A DNA stretch of 64,000 bases from Antedon mediterranea (lineage: Eukaryota; Animalia; Echinodermata), in the NCBI RefSeq assembly GCF_964355755.1, contig NC_092672.1, positions 1,674,001 to 1,738,000 of the forward strand, in the 5' to 3' direction. The notes under the pieces were generated by a model that did not search any database, was not told the origin of the DNA, and saw only the letters and a list, made by a program, of their open reading frames with translations. This document shows positions 36,858 through 50,167 of this stretch, one piece after another (positions within the stretch are counted from its first letter, which is position 1; every line of letters starts with the position of its first letter). A program made the position numbers and the translations under genes.

Positions 36858-39800
36858 TAATATTTGGTTAATTGTACATAAATCAAATATTTGTAACAGA
36901 AATCGAGATGAAAAAACATGAATTTCCCTTAATATGGTAAAATACAAAATTTGGCAAATTTCTTCCATAAAAACCAGGAAGACTTTTTTTCAGTAGTTAG
37001 TTATTTTACAACAAAGAGGAAGACCAATTTTACGCCATTTAACTAAGTTAAAGCTCAGGTACAGGCATGAATTTTAAATATAATATTTGGTTAATTGTAC
37101 ATAAATCAAATATTTGTAACAGAAATCGAGATGAAAAAACATGAATTTCCCTTAATATGGTAAAATACAAAATTTGGCAAATTTCTTCCATAAAAACCAG
37201 GAAGACTTTTTTTCAGTAGTTAGGTAGTTAACCTAGTGTAATAACATGTCTGGTGACTCCCTAGACAGTGAAAAAAGATGGTGGATATACGGTGGATAAT
37301 TTTTCCTATAGCATGAAAATAAAAATCTGAAGTTGAATAAAAATATCAGAAATGTAATATTCAAGTTATATTACCTATATTTAGTCATCTGATAACATTT
37401 TTTACCACACCATTTATTTTTCATAGCTTTTTAAAATGCCTCTCTATTTACAAAATTTGTGTACAAAAGAATAGAGATTTTACTTGTAATTTGAACTATT
37501 TGAACTGATATGAAAGTGCTTATTTTCAACAAGCTCGTGTAACACAAATAAAATCCCAAAAATTATGAAACATAGAGGAAACTATAGATCGATAATTATT
37601 GGAATGTATGATCAATAGAAATGTTTTGCCCGTACCTGGCCTTTAAGACAAAAAAATAATTTGTTAAAGTATCAACATATATAAAATGTAGCCTAATAGT
37701 GATTTTATTACAGTAATAACACAACATTGTTAACACTGACATAATAAAAAGAAATATTAGTATCCTACTGAAAACATACGTATACCATGGTACCTCCATT
37801 ATGGTTATACTGTACAGGGAGGTCACTATACAAATAATATTATTATACTATAATAGTATACTGTATAAGTGTTGTTTGTATTGTAATAGCCTGTACTTTA
37901 GAAAGTTTTAACAATACAGTACCTGTGCATTGTTGTTCTTTCATGGGTCTGTGCGTATAGAAAATACACAACAAATTTTCTTTTCATTTATAGTAACCTT
38001 GACATGATTCTGAATAGCTGCATCTACGTGTCACGCATGAAGGGCAAAAAAATGTATTGTGCCATGCCCGACCAAACAGCCGATTCTCGGCATGTACTGT
38101 ATTTTTTCCCGAAATATTATAAGAATTGGTACACCATCCAATGTATCTATGTAAGGTACCTAAGCTTACCCTAACCCTTAATCTAACCTTACATGATACA
38201 GTCTATGTTATTTCTTATTTATTCAATTATTGTTTAAATCTTAAAAGGAAGTAAATACATGTTATTTTGAATTGAATTTTAAAGAAGGCACCACACATGT
38301 GATATAAATGAGATGCTGTATTACCAAATATAGTACTTCGGATATAGATAGTATGAGGAGATACAGCACTGTGAATCGGAACCAAAGCTTATGAAAATAA
38401 AATTTGTGAATATATTTCACCTCTGCACGATGAGAAATCAGACTGTGCGTGATTACAGGACACAGATAACCAAATGCCGATGTTATTACGTATGGATAAA
38501 ACAATATAAAACTCAGTATTTTTCGTCTGAAATAATATGTAAACTCGCATATATATCATAACACGGAAAGTTTTATTTCGATCTTGATCGTAGTTTGTTT
38601 CTTTTTTCATTTGGCTGAAAAATGGATAGCCGTACTAGTAAACTTTAACTTTTGGCTAACAAATATTTATAGCTATAGAGTAGGCCTATGGGCTAGGGTG
38701 CTATGAATATAAAAATATGAAACTTGTGTTATTGTGTACGGTATATTTTGTACTTTTTTGGTATGAAAAAAAAAACAATTTTCCTACCGACCATCCACTT
38801 TTTTGATTTATCCAAAATGTGGGCAACACAATAAATGTTGTTTTGCCTTATTTTAGCTGCGTTTTATATATCAATTAGAACGAAGAAGGTTCCGGGTTCG
38901 ATTCTCGGTTTTTCTCACTCTCAAATCGGATCGTGGCCTGAGATTCACACACACACAAAGCAATGTTTGAATTTGAAAAAAAAGGGGTTAGATAATTAAG
39001 TATATTTTATAGAAAAGATGCTCGCACTAGGTATTTTATGTACTAGAATGCTTTATTCCAAAATGACTGCCTTTCGTTTAAAACTAATATTTACTCTAAA
39101 TCAAATGTTTTATTTTGAAAGAAAGGGGGAAACCATTCGACAAAAATGTGAATAACAGGCGCGCCTAAATCCGATTGTAAAGAATTGAATGGTATCAGTA
39201 AATCAGACATTTTCACTGCTTGCAACTCTATTGATGTCCTGTCCTTTAATGTTCGTTTTTCTGAAAGATAGTAATATATGTTTTGTCATAAGCGATCCAC
39301 GCAAACACGTTGCTTTGTCATCGGTTCTAAACATATTCTCTTGATAAAAAAGCGTCACTCGCTAATTCTTTCAAAATAAAGTCTGCTATATACATTGAAT
39401 AATGAAAGGCAATTGTATTTATCTTTCAAGGCCTGAAAGCAAATTTGATAAAATACAGGTCACTCAGCGTATTTGTTAAAAAAGGTTAGATTTTGCATAA
39501 AGATGCCAAATTAATTAAAAATATGCTGTTTTGGGTGCCTAAAAGGTCATATTCCACCTTTGAAATGTATGCTTTATTACATACGACGACCACTGTTCTC
39601 GATTCAAGAGGATGTAGACTATAGGTAAAAGAATACCAGACGATGCCAGGTTGGACAACATTATGCTATAAAGCATAAATATGACAGATTTGGTCACATT
39701 CAGCTCTGTCTTATGTATGGACGCAATCTGGACCAGGATTATTGAAACTCTTTAAAAGTTAGCTACAGAACTCCATCAAATCTCTTGAGATCCTTAAACG

Positions 39801-40365
39801 ATTACCTGAACAACGAACTAGATAAAAATCGAAACGTCGACTGGTGGACAATAACGACAGACTTGGGCCAAGTCTACTTGGATAAACATCCCTCTGCTCT
39901 CTATAACACCCTGCTGGGCTGTAGTACCAGAAGATAATCTTAATATCTATCCAATATATCAAATATTAATCTTTGGTGTAGTATAGTCATGTCTACAGAC
40001 TTAGTACAAAATGAACATCTTTCTTGGCGTGCCATGTAAAACAATCTTGAGAAAAATATTAAGCGATCAAAATATGTGTTTTATATTTTCTAAAAAAGAT
40101 GACCTAGTTCATATGGTAGAAGTGGTATGTAAATGATAATTTACTGCACAACAATTAAGACTATAAGTAATAAACCAGTTCAGTTTATGAAACCATATAA
40201 TAATGAGGTATTTTGGGGGTAAAAATAAATGAGACACAAGTAAAAATACAATTTTTACCACCTGTACTAATTAGGTTTTCTACAGAATAATTTGAAAATG
40301 TTCTTATTTGATAGATAATGTCACAGTTCACATAAAAAGAAACTGTTTAGGCCTACGGCCAATAG

Positions 40366-41155
40366 TTTTTAGTCGCGTGGAAGCGACTCTATAGTTCACT
40401 ATGTCTGTCGGTCTGTCTGTCTGTCTGTCGGTCCGGTATCACTATGCGTTTTATCGCTTTCTGACCTTATCTTGATATCAGTTTAATCTAGCTAGGTCAA
40501 TTTTTCACAGTATATTCCTTATGGCCAGGAATCAATGTGGTTATGTTTTCACGGTGCGCAATAAAAAATTACGCGGTCTACGCACGATTTAACGAAATCA
40601 CGTTTGTAATCATATCTTCACAACCATGAATCACAATTAAATAAAATTTGGTACTCATACATTTCAGGGCATAAATCATCATATGGCAATACAATCACGT
40701 GCGTAGCGCATGTAACGCATGCGTACGCGCGCTTAAAATTTTCAAAATTTATTTTCGATGAAATAAGAGTACATTTCAGGCAATTTTAAGCGTTTACAAA
40801 ATTGCCATGAGTGCGCATATTTTTGCGCGCACACTGCACGTTAAATGTTATTGCGCACTCTTTTTGCCCGATTTCTGTTTTCTTGACTTACTTTTCAACT
40901 CGAAATTACGTTATACGAGCACGTCGAAAGTGACAGGCTACGCACGTGTAAATTAAAAAAATATAAATGTTTTTAAACACTTCAACATTTTTAAACATGT
41001 TCGGTCAGTATAGTTCACTATGTCGGTCGGTCGGTCTGTCTGTCTGTCGGTCTGTCGGTCTGTCTGTCGGTCTGTCTGTCGGTCTGTCGGTCTGTCTGTC
41101 GGTCCGGTATCACTATGCATTGTAGCACGCGACTTAATGGCTGTTGGCCTTGTTT
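40366..41155 (+). mobile_element. Helentron-associated non-autonomous element (HINE/DINE-1-like)
   Basis: T-run flanks, subterminal inverted repeat agtcgcgtg / cacgcgact, two (GTCY)n microsatellite blocks in direct repeats, and a short 3' hairpin. Confidence 0.7.
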
Positions 41156-42979
41156 TATATAGATTTCACACGAAAATGCACAGGGAACTGAAAACAGGTC
41201 AGTGCTTAAACTACAGTGGGCGCTATTAAATATAAAGGTGCAGAGCCATTATTGAAAGAGTTACGACATTGCGCTCACGAATTAGAAAGTCACGTGGAAC
41301 ATTACCGGCCATCTTTGTGTCCAACTATTCCTATGCAGAGTATGGAGTTGAATCCTTTGTTATAAAAATAAAGGCTTAAACTACCGAATTTCATATCAAA
41401 ACAATCCATTTGTTTAATAAAGGCTTTTGTTGAAATAATAACGAAATTATTAACTTACTGCGAACAAGTTAAAGATTAGAGAATCACTATCCAAACTAAG
41501 CGCGCATGCGTTGAGCGTGCATGGAGCGCGCAAAATTTTGGACACAAAAATGGCTTCTAATCCATTCAATGTCGAAACTCTTCCAATGGCTCTGTAAAGG
41601 TGGCATAATGTCAGGTGTGCCAACGGCGGAAATTCGGTTTCTACTTGTTTTATGAAACAAGGCATTAATCTATTATAAACATCTTATGAACTGATATTAA
41701 TATGTTTTCTATTCTCTATACTAGTAGTAGAAAGTATATTTTTTAACACAAAAATATTAATCGGAGTATCATTTTGTTTCCAAAACACGGAAGAAATATT
41801 GGAAGGTAGGCCTACTTAACTTCATCTGTAAAATTGTTCTTAAGTAACCTACCAATTTCATATTTTCATAATAACGTAATTCATCTTTTCGTATTGAAGA
41901 GACACGCCCTTTTGGCGATAGCCGTCATTGAGAAATCTTGCCTTTCCTCGGCGCTCCTATGTTATGTATCAATGAAAGATAAATAACTATGTAGAAGCAT
42001 CTTACTCCTGTATTTACATAAACAGAAATATGATAGGCCTACATTTGTACTTGTAATATTAAATTTCAATTCAACATGCGGGCACCGTGTTTATCCCACT
42101 AACTAACTAACTTTCTGCTTTGTATTATCAAGGTAATCTAAATGAGGCGCCTCTGACCCAACTTTGTAGGTCTAAAGTGTGGATGGCTTAAGCAGTTAGG
42201 CCTACATCGCCCACGCATTAAAATGTTTGTATTGTGAGACCAGGAAGACTAACTGGAGGAGACCATGGGTACATAATTGTTCTCCATGCTGGGATACACA
42301 TTGATACACAGTTATTACGTTGTAATTTAAGCTTGGACCAGGTCACGTCAGGAGGCAAACGTTCTCGATACAACCAGAAAAGAATGGAAATAATCAAAGA
42401 ATACGAAACTTGAATATTTCAATGCACTATAGCTGTTAATTCATTGTATCACCTTAAACCTAAGCAATCTCACCTTGGTTATTAGACGGCGATTCGACTT
42501 AGTATTTGGCACAAATTATACTTTTGAGCATGCAAGAAAACTAATTAAGAAAATTGAATCAAACGTCCGTTTGTGGCACGTGGCGCTATAGACTTTCGCA
42601 AGTTACTTTTGGTAATACGAAGCATTTCCTGTTTTTGTAAACTGCCTCTGAAAGTACTTTGGATACTGGCGTTATATATACCTAATTGATTATTGATTAA
42701 TTGATTGATTGCGTGATCTTATGCTGATGCTGAGCCTAATCTTGAAAGAAACCTATGGCAATGACAACATAAAACGTTAAGTAAATTGAAATTTGAAACT
42801 CATTACCTTGGAAACAATATTTCCTAAGCGAACAGAAGATAGATCCAATAACATTTTCCATTAATTACCAGTTTTTAAATAGTCCATTATGACTGCGGTA
42901 GGCCTATAAATAATTGTATGGACTCGGTTGGTGGATACATCACTTTTGAATTCACTTGTACTCGGACTTGTCAATAGCC

Positions 42980-43996
42980 ATGTTCAATAATTCTACACTT
43001 GCTGACTTCACAGTTATGTTCACATTTGGAATTTCTCTAACTTGGATTCTGACAATTATCACCATTTTAGGCAACACTTTGGTGATATATTCATTTTTCC
43101 GAGATAAATCTATTCGATCAAAACCGGCAAATGTTTTTATATTTGTTCTGGCAGTTGCTGATTTCATTGTTGGGATAATTTCTCTGCCGTTCTATAACAT
43201 CCTGGTTCTGTATGATAGTTGGATGTTTGGCGAAATCGTCTGCAAATGTATGTTGTTTTGCGATTATTCCGCTTGTGCAATCTCGTCATGTTGTATTGTT
43301 TTACTTAGTTTGGATCGCTACTGGATGGTGACGAAACATTTGCTCTACAAACATTTTATGACACATTGTAAAGCCAGAGTTTTGTCTGCTGTCGTTGTCA
43401 TCTTTTGCATTACATTTTACGGAACAACAATTTTCTTTTGGGAATTAATTTCAACGAACCCCCTACAAGATGATTCGAACTGTAGCTTACCAGTAGGAGA
43501 ACCATTTAATACTGTAATGTGCAGTACAGTATACGCAGTGACGATGTTTGTCTTAACATATCTAAACATTACCGTGTTCGTTGCTGTTGTGAATTGGTCA
43601 AACGGTAACTCACTCAAAAGAGACATTAACAAACAGAAATCGAAAACATCTAACTCTATTCTTAGCGAGAATACAACATCACCGTCAACAATATCTGTCA
43701 AGCCAGCCGATAGCAACTTGGCGATTCGGCGTTTTCGTGCTCAGAACAACCAGGAGACCAAAAAAGCGGCCATGATGCTTGGCGTTCTTGTAGTGGCGTT
43801 TCTTATCTGTTGGACGCCATTTAACATTGTTCATATTTGTATCAATATAGGTGTTTTCCAAGTAAACAGTTTTACTTGGGATGTAGTCAATTATATGCTT
43901 TGGTTTAACTCGGGGTTGAATCCTATATTATATGCATTAACTAATCGGCAGTTTAGAAAAAACTTTGTTGATATGTTTTTATGTAGGCAATGTTAA
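42980..43996 (+). CDS. Intronless class A GPCR, aminergic type (histamine H3/muscarinic-like)
   Basis: GN (TM1), LAVAD (TM2), TM3 Asp (CDY), LDRY, CWTP, NPILY. The first ATG is at 42980. Confidence 0.92.
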   Translation: MFNNSTLADFTVMFTFGISLTWILTIITILGNTLVIYSFFRDKSIRSKPANVFIFVLAVADFIVGIISLPFYNILVLYDSWMFGEIVCKCMLFCDYSACAISSCCIVLLSLDRYWMVTKHLLYKHFMTHCKARVLSAVVVIFCITFYGTTIFFWELISTNPLQDDSNCSLPVGEPFNTVMCSTVYAVTMFVLTYLNITVFVAVVNWSNGNSLKRDINKQKSKTSNSILSENTTSPSTISVKPADSNLAIRRFRAQNNQETKKAAMMLGVLVVAFLICWTPFNIVHICINIGVFQVNSFTWDVVNYMLWFNSGLNPILYALTNRQFRKNFVDMFLCRQC

Positions 43997-46900
43997 GAGA
44001 AAGAAAACAAGATGTTTACCTTATTACAATTAGTTACAATGTTAGGACCAATCAAGGCGCTTTAAACAGTCCTGGCTTTGTTCGTATCAAACCTGTTAGT
44101 GGCGGTAATTATTGCTGTTGGTTTCGATTGAATAAAATAAAAAATAAAAATAAAATAAGAGATTAGGAGAACATTCACTAAGAATAATAAATGTTCTACT
44201 TTTAAGAAAACTCTTGAAACCAAAATACAGTTATTTTTAAAAAAAACATCTGTATTTCATATTATTATTTTTATTATCGCCAAAAATTAGTCGAAAAAAA
44301 AACCATTTAAAAATGGGTTTTTTTTCGACTAATTTTTGGTGAACGTTAATAACTATTATACTTCAAATGACCTACTTTTGTGTCATAAACCAGATCTTTG
44401 CAAGGCCGCGGTTTCTTAAAAAACTCTGGTAACTAACCATTATGCGTAACAAAAAATATGCTTTGTTATTTAATTCTTATTTCTTGGTTATTTATTCAAT
44501 AATTATTCATAATTTAAAGATACACCGTATTGAATTTCATACGCGTATACTCAGCAAGAAATTTGCTAATTACTGGGCGAATAAACTATGCATAATATTT
44601 ACTCTTATTAAACTCATTTGAAGTCGAGTTAAGTCATTATATAACTTGTTTATCTATTTTAAAGGCATGAATATTAATTATAGGCCTATTTATTTATCGT
44701 TGTATTTCTACTTGGATATGTAACAATTCAATTTAAATAAACATTAAAAGGCATTTATGTGATTTGTAATTATTCTAAAGCTCTGTCTACACTATCAAAC
44801 TTTATCTGACAAAAAAATGTGATGTGCCATATATGGACACAACACAATATCACTACCATATTCAGGCACGTCACTACCATATTTGGGCACATCACACTTT
44901 TTTTATACTTGTAGATAGAGCTTTATGTTGTTCAGTGACTTCATCACAATTCACTTGATGATGATATTGATGCGGAATTTGTACGCGCGCGCGCTGTGTT
45001 CTGCTGAGAGTACGTGTTTCACGACGTTTTCCTAATCGTGATAAATCATTACTCACGTCATATTGTCTATCTTATTGAACATGGAGCAATATGGATAGAA
45101 ATTAATTATCACATCAAAAATAACATATTTTCAAGACAGCAGTACTTTGGCAGGACAAAGTAAGTACGGTAATAAGTAAGTAAGATTGAACGCAAATGAA
45201 TAACAATTGAAATTGAAAGCTATTGGCTCCTGCACGTGATTCTTATTACATAGGCCTAGAAATTAAATTACCGCCCAACATAACCTATATACAGTGTTAG
45301 ACATCGTACTTCTACTAATTTGTACCATTTATTCCTTTCGTGGGCTGTTTTTTTTTTTTTTGCTAGAAAGTGTTTGCTTAAAAACATTTTTGGTGACGTA
45401 GGCCAACTCAGAGTGTCGCACGACGAGGCCTGACGAGAAAATTGCAAGTCCTCCCGACGACCTAAAAACAACACCCGACGATATTTTAAGATTTGTTGTC
45501 AGGATTCAACGCAGACAGCATCGACGTTTCGTCGGGCCTTGTCGTACGATGCAGCTGTTTATTTTTTCCTCCATGCATTGACATACGGCTAGTTGTAGGT
45601 AACAGCGCCACCAATGACAGCAAATTATGCAAATTACTTAAATGTTTTTCTTTAAATAACTATAAATAAGTGTCGGTTATTACTTTCTCATTTAAAAATA
45701 CTACTACTACGTGGTGTAACTGAAAACACTATTGTCTGCTAATGCCTTACAAGAATATTATACGCAACTTTGTTGTTACGGCAAATGAATCCATTGCAAA
45801 TTAAATTTTAAAAATAAGTTCTATTGTTTACGGAATACCGGTATGGTATCGTGTATTTGACATAATGTTATGGTTAATGGTTTAAATTTGTATATAGCGC
45901 ATTTACAAATAGTCTATGCGCTGTGAACCCATGTTACAGTTTTCAACTACATGCTTCGACTCCCCTAAGGGCTACGTCATGTTAGTGCAGCCACAAAAAG
46001 GCGCTCTCTCGTCTGACCACATTTTTATATTATTATGTACAAAAATGTATTTCTTTCCATATTGTCTTTGTATGTTTCATTTAAGCGTGGTTCCTTCCCA
46101 TTGGTGGAGGAAACGCAGCGACGTACGCGCAATGTAATTTGGCCAATCACGAGCGAAAGTTCGGATGATCGCCCGTTGGTTGGTCAATTAGCACGTACCG
46201 TACGTCCCTGCGTCCAATGAGCTTTAAAGTTTACATGACCTTCACAATGTATACACACAACTGCGCAGTGTTAATTAGACTAAATTAGTAATAATTCATT
46301 TATTATTGTGGTAGTACTATTCCAATCAAATATAGATGTAAATCAAAATTTTTGTTCAGTTGTACGCGTATTTATGTACACGTACATGTTAACAATAATT
46401 AATCGTTTCCAATCGAATTTATCAACCATGGGATATGAGCGTAACCAATGGAGATTAAAGAAGTAGAGTATTGATACAAATACAATATGTTACTGACGAT
46501 CGAACGCTAACCAATGCTGCTCATTAGAGTGATTGGGTAGATACGAGTCATTCCCGCATCTTAGGTGTAAAGGGGAGATGAATAGAGTTGGACACGTTCA
46601 ATAATCAAAAGTACTATAGGCCTAAATCAAGAAGAATGAGTTAGTCAGTTCACAGATGAAGATGGATGTGCCAAGAATGGAAGATGACAACGATTATATA
46701 CAGCGTTGACATGGAAACCTGAAACGCGAAAGAAAGTTAGACGTACGATTCCCTTTCACACGGTTTAAGAATATTCGATTTGAAGGAGAAACTAAATTAC
46801 AACTGAACCAATCGAAATTACATCTGATAAATGCGAAACCTGTAATTCCGTGTTTACGCGGGACTCGTCCATCATAACATTTTAATTGAATATCTCCGAA

Positions 46901-47018
46901 GGACAATACATTAATAATTAACGATTTGAGCTTTAAAAGAAGGCCATCGCAGTAATAGTAGATCATCAGTACACAGCATTCGTATGAGGAAGTAACATGA
47001 AGTCTTCTTTTAAAAATC

Positions 47019-47545
47019 AATGTTTCCACCTCTTTGGTCGCAGATCATGAAGAATTAACAATTTATGCTTTAAGAGAAGACGTTTATAGGTAGTTGGAGA
47101 TCATCAGAGCCGATGTCTTATGATTAAGGAAAGAAATTATATAGAAACAAAAGTATGAAAAGGCATGTCTATAGTTTGTACAGCAATGTGTCTACCTCTT
47201 TGGTAGCAGATCATGAAGAATTAAAAATGTGTGCTTTAAGAAAAGACCTTTCTGGGTAGTTGGGAGATCAGAGCCGCTGTCTTATGACCAAGGAAAGAAA
47301 TTATATAGAAACATAGTTTGAAAAGGCATGTCTATAGTTTGTACAGCAATGTGTCTACGTCTTGGGTGGTAGATCATGAAGAACTAACAATTTTTGCTTT
47401 AAGCGAAGACTTTACAGGCAGTTGTAGGTCAGAGTCGCTTTCTTAAGGAACTACAATTATTAGTTTAATATAGTTTGAAAGCCATATGTCTAGTTTGTAC
47501 AGCAATGTGTCTACGTCTTGGGTCGTAGATGACCAAGAGTTTGCA
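47019..47545 (+). repeat. Diverged ~160-bp tandem repeat, ~3.3 units; the last unit overlaps the GPCR start
   Basis: aatgtgtctac(c/g)tctt..gt...agat recurs at ~47019, 47186, 47348 and 47504. Confidence 0.85.
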
Positions 47546-48553
47546 ATAAGTGATGACGTCTTCGTATTTGGAATCGTCATCATTTGGATCATCACATTCG
47601 TCACCATATTTGGAAATGCTTTAGTTTTAGGCTCATTTATCCGAGATGAAAAAATACGATCAAAACCTGCGAATGTTTTTATTTTGGTAATGTCGATAGC
47701 TGACCTCACGATAGGTCTTGTCTCTCTACCATTATGTAATATCTGGATCATGCAAAGTGTGTGGACTTTCGGTGAAATAATCTGCAAAGTTTATTTATTT
47801 CTAGATTATTTAGCATGTGGGGTATCTTCAGGATGCATTTTTTTACTAAGTTTAGATCGATACTGGATGGTGAAGAAAAATTTAAAATATAAATCGTTTA
47901 TGACTCATAGAAAGGCTTGGATATTCGCTGCAATCGTAATAAGTTATTTCGTTATTTACTACGTCGTTACGGCTTTCTTCTGGGAATCCATAAGCGGTAC
48001 CGATAACATTGATTATTCAGAAGAATGTGAATTGAACAGCAAGAATAACTTAACCTTCAACATCATTGAAATTTGCGTCGAATTTTCACTAACGTTGATT
48101 GTACTGGTATATCTAAACGTACATGTTTTTATTGCGGTTAGTAATTGGTCGACGGGTAAATCTCTTCAGAAGAGCATTGTGAGCAAGAACAACTCGGAAG
48201 GTAACACAGCGTCAGAGAAACTCGAGTCAATTCGGCGATCTCATAATGAAAGTATGCAAATGCGAAAGGCCGCAACTATGCTGGGATCACTCGTATTAGC
48301 GTTTCTCATTTGTTGGACTCCTTATCACATTGTACTTATTTGCGGTACTCTAGAAGTAGAGGGTATTAATGATTTTGTATGGACGACTGTAGGCTACGTC
48401 TTATGGTTTAATTCCTCGTTGAATCCAGTTATATACGCTGCGACTAACGTCCAGTTTCGGAAGAATTTCATCGAAATGTGTTGCGGAAAAAAAACTAAGT
48501 TAAATAACAATTCGCGAACATTTTCTCATCCGCCGTCCAATGAAATGCGTTAA
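47486..48553 (+). CDS. Intronless class A GPCR, tandem paralog of 42980-43996
   Basis: Shares IRSKPANVFI, LLSLDRYWMV, AFLICWTP and LWFNS.LNP..YA with the first receptor. TM3 Asp (LDY) is present. Confidence 0.93.
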   Translation: MSSLYSNVSTSWVVDDQEFAISDDVFVFGIVIIWIITFVTIFGNALVLGSFIRDEKIRSKPANVFILVMSIADLTIGLVSLPLCNIWIMQSVWTFGEIICKVYLFLDYLACGVSSGCIFLLSLDRYWMVKKNLKYKSFMTHRKAWIFAAIVISYFVIYYVVTAFFWESISGTDNIDYSEECELNSKNNLTFNIIEICVEFSLTLIVLVYLNVHVFIAVSNWSTGKSLQKSIVSKNNSEGNTASEKLESIRRSHNESMQMRKAATMLGSLVLAFLICWTPYHIVLICGTLEVEGINDFVWTTVGYVLWFNSSLNPVIYAATNVQFRKNFIEMCCGKKTKLNNNSRTFSHPPSNEMR

Positions 48554-49465
48554 GAACCTACTTAGACGATATTAATTAGAACTAATGAGTTTTATAAGGA
48601 TAATTCATTACGTTATCAATCAAGTACTTATCTATTATATTATCATCATCAACTTGACCGAACTATGTTTTATGAAATTCATAAGTCATTTTTAATTGTA
48701 TTGAAAATAATCGTTTGGTCATGTCGTTATTAACCAACGTCGTTGCTTGGTTTCCACTAGGACGCACAATGACATAGGGCGCGCCGCAACTACTTTGACC
48801 AATGTGATTATCCGAACTGCCGATTGTGATTGGTCAACTCACCTGCGTTGTGTCTACGTCAATGAGTGGGAACCAACCTTCAATCATGCTTACATCACGT
48901 ACATATTGTTCATACCAGCCTTTATTCATTATTGCCGTATGCAAATTTAGATTAGTTGTACGACTACCGAGTATTGTGAATTTTAAATGTTACGCTATAT
49001 TTACATTTACAGTGTTTGTAATTTAAAGATTGTATTTCTTGTCATTGTATAAAGATAGATTAACATATTTTGGCACTAATGGCGTTTCATACGTACAATA
49101 CTACAGTTTAGTTTTACGGACAAAACCCGAAACGTGGACTAACCATGGACTAACATAAACACGACAATATTAACAACTAGTCTAAATTGAATGTGAATGT
49201 ATAGTATGTTGTGTAATAAATTAAAAAACGAAACAAAGACTACATTAAATGAGTTGTTTTAACCCAATTAATTCAAAGAATTTTGCAGAGTAACATCGAT
49301 AATATGAAACAAGATCTTCCCAATTAGCCCCCCACTACAAAAAATCAACTATACAAAAAGAAATTTGATATTTATAATCGATCTTGGTTTTATTAGTTCA
49401 CTGTTATTGGTTTTAATTTTGTTCTCATCAACATAATTTGTGTATATACATACAAAGTGTGTATT

Positions 49466-49840
49466 GGCACTGTAGCCCAGTGGCTAAAATGCTTTACCAA
49501 TGATCCCAGGGTCCTCTGTTTAAATCCCAGGGTCCTGTGTTGGAATCCAGGGTCATGTGTTGGAATTCAGGGTCATGTGTTTATATCCCAGGGTCCTGTG
49601 GTGGAATCCAGGGTCGTGTGTTTAAATCCCAGAGTCCTGTATTTAAATCCCAGGGTCATGTGTTGGAATCCAGGGTCCTGTGTTTAAATCCCAGGGTCCT
49701 GTGTTTAAATCTCAAGGTCCTGTGTTTAAATCGCAGGGTCCTGAGTTTAAATCCCAGGGTCCTGAGTTTAAATCCCAGGTTCCTGTCTTAAAATCTCATG
49801 GTCTTGTGTTTAAATCCCAGGATTCTCTCCCAGGGTTTAC
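49466..49840 (+). repeat. tRNA-SINE-like head followed by a 21-bp tandem array (~15 copies)
   Basis: tagcccagtggctaa (A-box-like), then unit agggtcctgtgtttaaatccc. Confidence 0.8.
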
Positions 49841-50167
49841 ACTAATGTCAATCAATAGAAAATAACATCAAATTATATTTCACTATACCTAATAGATAGA
49901 ATGTAAACGAAGAGGGTCTAGAAACCTCATGCATCACTTTTAGTAGCCTTGTAGATCACCTCCAATAAGGAGAGTTACCATAGGATATACTATCTTCATT
50001 TTTCATAACGCATATTAAAAAATCATTTTCTTAATACCGACAATTGAATCCACTACAATTATATTCTTTCTGCATGATCAAATGTAACACCAAGATGGGG
50101 CAAGACGTAGCCCTACTATCGTGCGCTTCAACTGTGGTAAGCCTAAAACAATCAACCGCAATGACTC

